Positions 58,639-64,000 of a DNA stretch of 64,000 nt are shown in pieces (position 1 is the first letter of the stretch; each line of letters begins with the position of its first letter). This DNA comes from a virus (Duplodnaviria > Caudoviricetes). The notes under the pieces were generated by a model, which was not told the DNA's origin, did no database searches, and saw only the letters and a program-made list of their open reading frames with translations. The position numbers and the translations under genes are program-made. The DNA lies in the IMG/VR virus record IMGVR_UViG_3300017565_000002, positions 64,001 to 128,000 of that record; one strand, 5' to 3'.

Positions 58639-59433
58639 GTGTATAAGCTTACAAAACGGGAATACGTTGATAGTATTTCCATTCCTATTATGTCGATTGC
58701 GAAGAACGTCATTCTTTATCACAAGGTAAAGCTATCTCGACCTAATTTGGATGGAGAGAGAGATTATTACCATAAAGAATTTACCTACCGATCGAAATAT
58801 AAGGAACCTGAAAAGTTGACAACCTTGAGACTATCCCACTCTTCTATTCTAACTATTGAGAATAAGAATTCGGATGGGTATGAATCAATGGTTATCAATA
58901 TAACGAACCGAGATTTTATCGTAGAGTCATTCTCAACCATACTACCGTTTTTCGACGATGAGGAAGTCAAGTTGTTTGTGGAAAATAAAGAAGGGCGATT
59001 CGTTGTCAATCCGAAACTACGGAAAAAGACGATCATCTCTTTTGAAGCAAACAGATTGAGACTTGTAACCGTAAGACCGCACGTTATCGTTTACGATGAG
59101 GACTTATATGACCCAATCGAGGGTGTATTGATTAATTTAACTAGTCAATCACTTTCTTCCGTAGAAGTCCCCTATGAGACGTTCAAAACGTTAATTCGAA
59201 TTATCGATAGATTTGATTTCCACACGTCGGGGTTGGCTGCTTTAACCTACTTGCAATGTGCGGAGATTGGAAAATATGAAATCGATATTGTCAAGACCAG
59301 TCTATCTGATTTTGACGAAGACATGGAACCAGTTTACAAGGTTAAAAAGTATACAGAATCAGAAAATGATTCCACATCCAAACTAGAAACACGCAAATCA
59401 ACTCCACTCAAGACGTTCGATCGAGGGTGGTGA
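58639..59433 (+). CDS. hypothetical protein
   Basis: 264 aa, beta-rich with acidic tail. Confidence 0.75.
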   Translation: MYKLTKREYVDSISIPIMSIAKNVILYHKVKLSRPNLDGERDYYHKEFTYRSKYKEPEKLTTLRLSHSSILTIENKNSDGYESMVINITNRDFIVESFSTILPFFDDEEVKLFVENKEGRFVVNPKLRKKTIISFEANRLRLVTVRPHVIVYDEDLYDPIEGVLINLTSQSLSSVEVPYETFKTLIRIIDRFDFHTSGLAALTYLQCAEIGKYEIDIVKTSLSDFDEDMEPVYKVKKYTESENDSTSKLETRKSTPLKTFDRGW

Positions 59434-59447
59434 AGGAGGAATGTCAG

Positions 59448-60179
59448 TTGAACCTATCAAATGAAATCATTCGGCTTGGAGAGTATATCTACAGGGTGTA
59501 TGATTTTCAAGATGTAGAATCTTTGCAGGTCGGCAACGCGTACATTTTCGGAGGTACGTTTAGAGGATGTCGTATGCGGCGTACAGAAGTGCTCCCCTTT
59601 ATGGGTGAATATCATCCGGATGTTACACAACCCGGAATCTATGCGGACGAGGACGATGAGCTTCATATTGTCCATCCGAAGACAGATAAAGAAAAATCAC
59701 TGTACCACTTATCTCGGGTGTTTAAAATCACACCGGAGACAATCAACACTGATCTTAGTAAGTATCTATCGGAGATTGATGTGAACGATCTGAAATACAC
59801 AGGTCAAGTATTCGAGCCTCCAATTAAAAATATCGATGACGTTGGCATCAAGGCAGTCAGACTTGCCTTATGGTTGAAACGAATCGATTTTAATAGTTAC
59901 AGGAACAGATTTGTAACACCGGCAGATCGAGCAAATGCAAAGAAAGCGCTAATGAAACACTCCACGCTTACTTTCTCCAAGCTCAAAGACTACGCCGATG
60001 TGTTTGATTTGAATTATGGGGTTATCCTATTCGACAAATCAGATGCCAAAGATCCCATGTTCAAAGAAAAGAAGGCTATCGTTGTTTTCAACAACCAGAC
60101 CTTCCCGATTAATGACGAAAATATTTATACGATTTCGACAATTGATGATGTAATATCACGAAGGGATGAGGATGAATGA
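59448..60179 (+). CDS. hypothetical protein
   Basis: TTG 59448 follows AAGGAGG; possible C-terminal HTH. Confidence 0.75.
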   Translation: MNLSNEIIRLGEYIYRVYDFQDVESLQVGNAYIFGGTFRGCRMRRTEVLPFMGEYHPDVTQPGIYADEDDELHIVHPKTDKEKSLYHLSRVFKITPETINTDLSKYLSEIDVNDLKYTGQVFEPPIKNIDDVGIKAVRLALWLKRIDFNSYRNRFVTPADRANAKKALMKHSTLTFSKLKDYADVFDLNYGVILFDKSDAKDPMFKEKKAIVVFNNQTFPINDENIYTISTIDDVISRRDEDE

Positions 60180-60694
60180 TGCTTAAGAAAATAGTTGATC
60201 GGATTCGTGAGTTTATCGAGGATCAGCCGCCGTTGGTTACAGTCAAGATTGTTCCGCACGACCCTTTGTTTATCCCTAAATTTGCAAATAGGGAGGCCGT
60301 AGGTGCAGACGCCAGAGCGTTTATCCAAGATACCGCAGGGTTGCCCCATTATATTGTAATCGGGCCCGGCGAAAAAAGAAAGATATCTTTGGGTATACGC
60401 ATGGAAATCCCATCGGCGTACGAGGCTCAAATCAGACCTAGAAGTGGTCTAAGTACAAAATCGGAACTAATCTTACTGAATTCTCCGGGTACGATTGATC
60501 CGGATTACCGGGGCGAAGTATTCGTCGTCTACAAAAATGTATCAAAGTCTCCTGTACGGATCGAACACGGAGATCGAATCGCACAGATCGTGATTGCTCC
60601 CCGCATGAGGGTAAGGTTTGTGGCTGAAGATGAAACATCTTTGACCAAGACTGAGCGAGGTAGTGGTGGATTTGGCCATACAGGAATACAATAA
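60176..60694 (+). CDS. dut: trimeric dUTPase
   Basis: AVGAD, QIRPRSGL, PGTIDPDYRGE, RIAQIV, RGSGGFGHTG. Confidence 0.97.
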   Translation: MMLKKIVDRIREFIEDQPPLVTVKIVPHDPLFIPKFANREAVGADARAFIQDTAGLPHYIVIGPGEKRKISLGIRMEIPSAYEAQIRPRSGLSTKSELILLNSPGTIDPDYRGEVFVVYKNVSKSPVRIEHGDRIAQIVIAPRMRVRFVAEDETSLTKTERGSGGFGHTGIQ

Positions 60695-60731
60695 AGAGAT
60701 CGGGGGCTTCCCCGATCTCTTCTTTTTTTTT
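60695..60731 (+). terminator. intrinsic terminator
   Basis: AGAGATCGGGG-gctt-CCCCGATCTCT followed by T-run. Confidence 0.85.
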
Positions 60732-60807
60732 CGTAATTTTACATAGTCATAATTATATATCATAAAAGTAGTACATATCAATATTATAAACAGGGAGAGG
60801 TTTTTAC

Positions 60808-61101
60808 ATGCACATTAAAATCAGAAGCACGGTAAGATTCATCGTGAGGCATCTGGGATTATTCATGGTTTTGGCGTTGACTTCGGTTGTAATGGCAGGC
60901 GGTATCAATTCATTATCTTTTGCTGCAACGGCTATTCTATTCGTTTTACTCAGTGTTCCTAGCATGGTTTCGTACATTGTAGTAAGCTTTACGCATAGGC
61001 CGAATCCGCTGGCGGTTCGACTGACTAGACCCGATGTCATATTCGCTTGCTTCGTTGCTTTGATCTATTGTGGCATCGATGCTAATCTATTTTATCCGTA
61101 A
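60808..61101 (+). CDS. small membrane protein (~3 TM)
   Basis: Hydrophobic 97 aa; early motif ATATATCAT at 60755-60763. Confidence 0.7.
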   Translation: MHIKIRSTVRFIVRHLGLFMVLALTSVVMAGGINSLSFAATAILFVLLSVPSMVSYIVVSFTHRPNPLAVRLTRPDVIFACFVALIYCGIDANLFYP

Positions 61102-61175
61102 TTTTATAGCGTGTCAAATATATATGATTTAAGTGTATCGTAATAATAATCACATAAAATGGAGGCAAAAAAATC

Positions 61176-61676
61176 ATGAAAATTATCTTCAAAATCAACG
61201 AATGTGAACAACTGGTAGGTACGATCGATCGTATTGCGGAGATTGTCAATGATAAGTTCGATATGGATATCCCGTTGATCACCAATGGTGACATTTCGAC
61301 AACGGTCGATGCCTTGCTGGAAATCGGCGGAACCATCCCGGCGATCAATATCTCTCAAGTTAACGATGAAATCATCATCGAGTACGATCCGGAATTCATC
61401 GTGGATGTGACCAGCTACATGGAAGCAGTTTCGACGCGGGTACTGGATCTGGCGGTGACATACCGCATTCCGATCATAATGGCAATCGGCGGTGCCAAGA
61501 TGATTATCAACGATGTCATCCCACGCTTCAAGGTATTGTTGAAACCATTCGAATCGGCGTTCAAGATTCTGAGCGACGAACTCGGCAAAGGCGGAGAATG
61601 GGTCATCAACAAATGGCTCGTCTCGAAACAAAAATCTGAGGAACCGCAAACCGAAAATGAGAAGGTCTCGGTTTAA
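61176..61676 (+). CDS. hypothetical protein
   Basis: 166 aa, C-ending codon bias; early motif ATATATGAT at 61120-61128; terminator at 61684-61724. Confidence 0.8.
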   Translation: MKIIFKINECEQLVGTIDRIAEIVNDKFDMDIPLITNGDISTTVDALLEIGGTIPAINISQVNDEIIIEYDPEFIVDVTSYMEAVSTRVLDLAVTYRIPIIMAIGGAKMIINDVIPRFKVLLKPFESAFKILSDELGKGGEWVINKWLVSKQKSEEPQTENEKVSV

Positions 61677-61783
61677 CCAATGAGCGGTGGATAGGGTTTA
61701 CCCTATACCACCGTTTATTTTTTTCCTATTTAAAATCAAACTATGTATTATTATAGGGATATGATCAAAAGGAGAGTGTCTCG

Positions 61784-64000
61784 GTGTACAGATTGATTGA
61801 CTTTGAATGCGAAAATTTCATCGGTATATACAATGGACTTGGACGTAAAAAGCTCCAGATCAGCTTTAAGGAATATAAAGATAAACGGGTCTTTATTATT
61901 CTGGGTCATAATGCAAAGGGAAAGTCCACACTTCTATCTATTCTTCATCCATTCTCAAGTACAACCGACAAACGGGATAAGTTCATCAGAGAAAATAAGG
62001 AAGGATACAAACAGCTCATCTACGAACGTCAAGATGGGGACGATCAAATACGGATTCGTCATGTGTATATCCCCAATGGAAAAGATGGTCACCGAACAAG
62101 AAGTTTTATCCATAAGGTAGTTGATGGTAAAGAGATCGACTTGAACCCTAACGGTAATGTGTCCTCGTTCCATATTGCTGTAGAACGCGAATTTGGAGTA
62201 ACGGAAGACTTCATGAGACTATCCGCTCAGAATGAAGATATGATCTCATTGGTTCGGATGACTGGTGCAAATCGAAAAGACCATATCTACAACTTCATTC
62301 CTAAAGCGGACGATACAACCGTTTACCAGAAAATTGTAGGCAAGAAATATAGGGACGTTAAAGTCTTTCTATCTTCACTGGTAGACAAGCTGGGGAAGAT
62401 GGAAGATGAAATCGTTATAAAGGAACGTCTGGAAGATATTGAAGTGCGTACGAATGAATTGGTGACCAGAAGGGACAGGGGAATCGGCAAGCTCAATAAA
62501 TACGAAGCTGAAATTAAGACCTTGGACCCCAGCGAGAAACTCACAGAACGTTATCGACATATTCGGTCTGAATTGAAAGATCTCAATGAGAAGCAAGAGA
62601 AGCTTCAATCCAAGATTCAAAGACTCATTGGCGATACGGACAAACCAGCTAGTATCACAGAGGTTGATAAAGAGTTGTCAGAGCTGGTAATCAAACGGGC
62701 TTCTCTTCGTGAGAAAATTGTCGGGTTATCGTCTACATTGATAGCTAGACGGGAGACAAAGTCGAGACTATATGACTCAATCGAGGAGAAAGAGTCTTTG
62801 GTTAGACAACTATCTGGGTCTAAGTCGAAATCCGATCTATCTGATCTTCTGGAAGAATACAAGGATAGATTGGTGAAATTCGACAAACGGATTAAGACAC
62901 TTAACACTTCCCTACAGGCGGATGATCTTATCCGTGGAATTGATATCATCTCACACCTGCGAGATTTCATGACTGACATTCATAACGCATCAGAGAATCA
63001 TAATACAATAGAAGAAGCATGTATCTATGCGTTCAGTAATAAGTTTGAAGCTGAATACGCAGAGACAGCCAAAACACTGGAGACAATCAAGGAAAAGATC
63101 AATGGATTGAACACGAATATCGCATCTCTTAACGGGTATGAATATCTCAAGGATACACTAGATAAACGCCCGAAAGATTGCGTAATCGATTCATGTTCTT
63201 TCCTTCAGGACTATCATAAGTGGATTGCAATCGAGAAAGAGATTGACAATCTCCAAGAAAAGTTGGTCGACCTTAGCAAGACGTATAAATCTCTATTGAT
63301 CAGAATGGAGAAGCTGACTGAAATTCATAAGTTGAAAATGAAGATTGAGACGATGATTACGTTTTATAAGAGTAATCTATCGCTAATCTCTAAGCTTCCA
63401 TTCAATGATAGATATGATACGGTTGAAAAGCTCCTCAATCGACTGATAGAACGGGACATGCTCAAGGGAGTAGAGAATAACTTCTATGAACTCATTGAAA
63501 TCCTACAGGATAAAAAAGAGTTCGATGAGATTCGTAGTGTGAAGATCCCACTTCTCATGAATGAGCTTAAGGGCCTACAAGACAATGATGGTGTCGTTAA
63601 CACGCTGAAAACTGAAATTTCCAAACTGGAAAAAGCCTACGAGAACGAAGTCTCTACCATCCAGAAGGAAGATGCGCTACTTGAATCACTAGAAGATGAA
63701 CTGGAACTAATCTCTTCCCGAGAAACGCTAGTGATCGAATTGAAAGAACGTCTCAACTCTTCTGAGCAAAATAAGACAGAAATCATACGTCTATCGAATG
63801 AGTTTGACTCAGTGAAGGGAACGAGCGAACGGATTGAGGAATTACATGCAAAAATCGAGGAACGTAGACAAAAACTAAAGGTTGTAGAGGCAAAACTCCG
63901 CCCACTTACACAGGAGAGAGATCATTACAAACATCAAGAGATGAAAATTAAAGAGTATAAGACGGAGAAAGAAATACTTGAGGAGAACCTGAATCTCCTA
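61784..64000 (+). CDS. sbcC: SbcC/Rad50 (gp46-like) SMC ATPase, runs off the window; missing from the ORF track
   Basis: GTG 61784 after AAGGAGAG: MYRLIDFECENFIGI...IILGHNAKGKSTLL, coiled coils, Zn hook CVIDSC. In frame with the window end; no stop seen. Confidence 0.9.
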   Translation, partial: MYRLIDFECENFIGIYNGLGRKKLQISFKEYKDKRVFIILGHNAKGKSTLLSILHPFSSTTDKRDKFIRENKEGYKQLIYERQDGDDQIRIRHVYIPNGKDGHRTRSFIHKVVDGKEIDLNPNGNVSSFHIAVEREFGVTEDFMRLSAQNEDMISLVRMTGANRKDHIYNFIPKADDTTVYQKIVGKKYRDVKVFLSSLVDKLGKMEDEIVIKERLEDIEVRTNELVTRRDRGIGKLNKYEAEIKTLDPSEKLTERYRHIRSELKDLNEKQEKLQSKIQRLIGDTDKPASITEVDKELSELVIKRASLREKIVGLSSTLIARRETKSRLYDSIEEKESLVRQLSGSKSKSDLSDLLEEYKDRLVKFDKRIKTLNTSLQADDLIRGIDIISHLRDFMTDIHNASENHNTIEEACIYAFSNKFEAEYAETAKTLETIKEKINGLNTNIASLNGYEYLKDTLDKRPKDCVIDSCSFLQDYHKWIAIEKEIDNLQEKLVDLSKTYKSLLIRMEKLTEIHKLKMKIETMITFYKSNLSLISKLPFNDRYDTVEKLLNRLIERDMLKGVENNFYELIEILQDKKEFDEIRSVKIPLLMNELKGLQDNDGVVNTLKTEISKLEKAYENEVSTIQKEDALLESLEDELELISSRETLVIELKERLNSSEQNKTEIIRLSNEFDSVKGTSERIEELHAKIEERRQKLKVVEAKLRPLTQERDHYKHQEMKIKEYKTEKEILEENLNLL

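Noticed and set aside
1-64000. tRNAs, CRISPR arrays, inteins, IS elements, chimallin
   Set aside because: None recognised by eye: no cloverleaf with TTCGAATC/CCA, no repeat-spacer array, no intein C...HN signature noticed in terL, dnaB, gyrAB, recA or RNAP. Not computationally excluded.

Overview
This window is a gene-dense segment of a jumbo myophage of the phiKZ/AR9(PBS1)-related group. The strong AGGAGG RBSs, a PBSX Xpf-like gene and a Bacillus-type ThyA suggest a Bacillota host (inference). Transcription genes: five split beta/beta' RNA polymerase pieces, one interrupted by a 612-nt ORF-less group I intron. Replication/recombination genes: DnaB, Dda, SF2 helicase, RecA, SbcC/SbcD, GyrB/GyrA, NAD ligase, ThyA, dUTPase. 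There is also a tubulin/FtsZ-family protein. Virion genes: major capsid, gp21-type protease, terminase, portal, sheath, tube, gp53-like wedge. Two promoter classes recur in intergenic DNA: early-type ATATATNAT and late-type AACA-N6-T(A/G). Main unexplained signals: (1) two GC-rich, promoter- and terminator-bounded structured non-coding RNA candidates (8484-8640 and 28220-28540); (2) a shared N-terminal ExLxxIxEG motif on four unrelated putative head proteins; (3) a candidate ADP-ribosylation writer/eraser pair; (4) AR9-type late promoters in a phage that appears to use thymine rather than uracil DNA. All calls were made by eye from motifs; no searches or folding programs were run.
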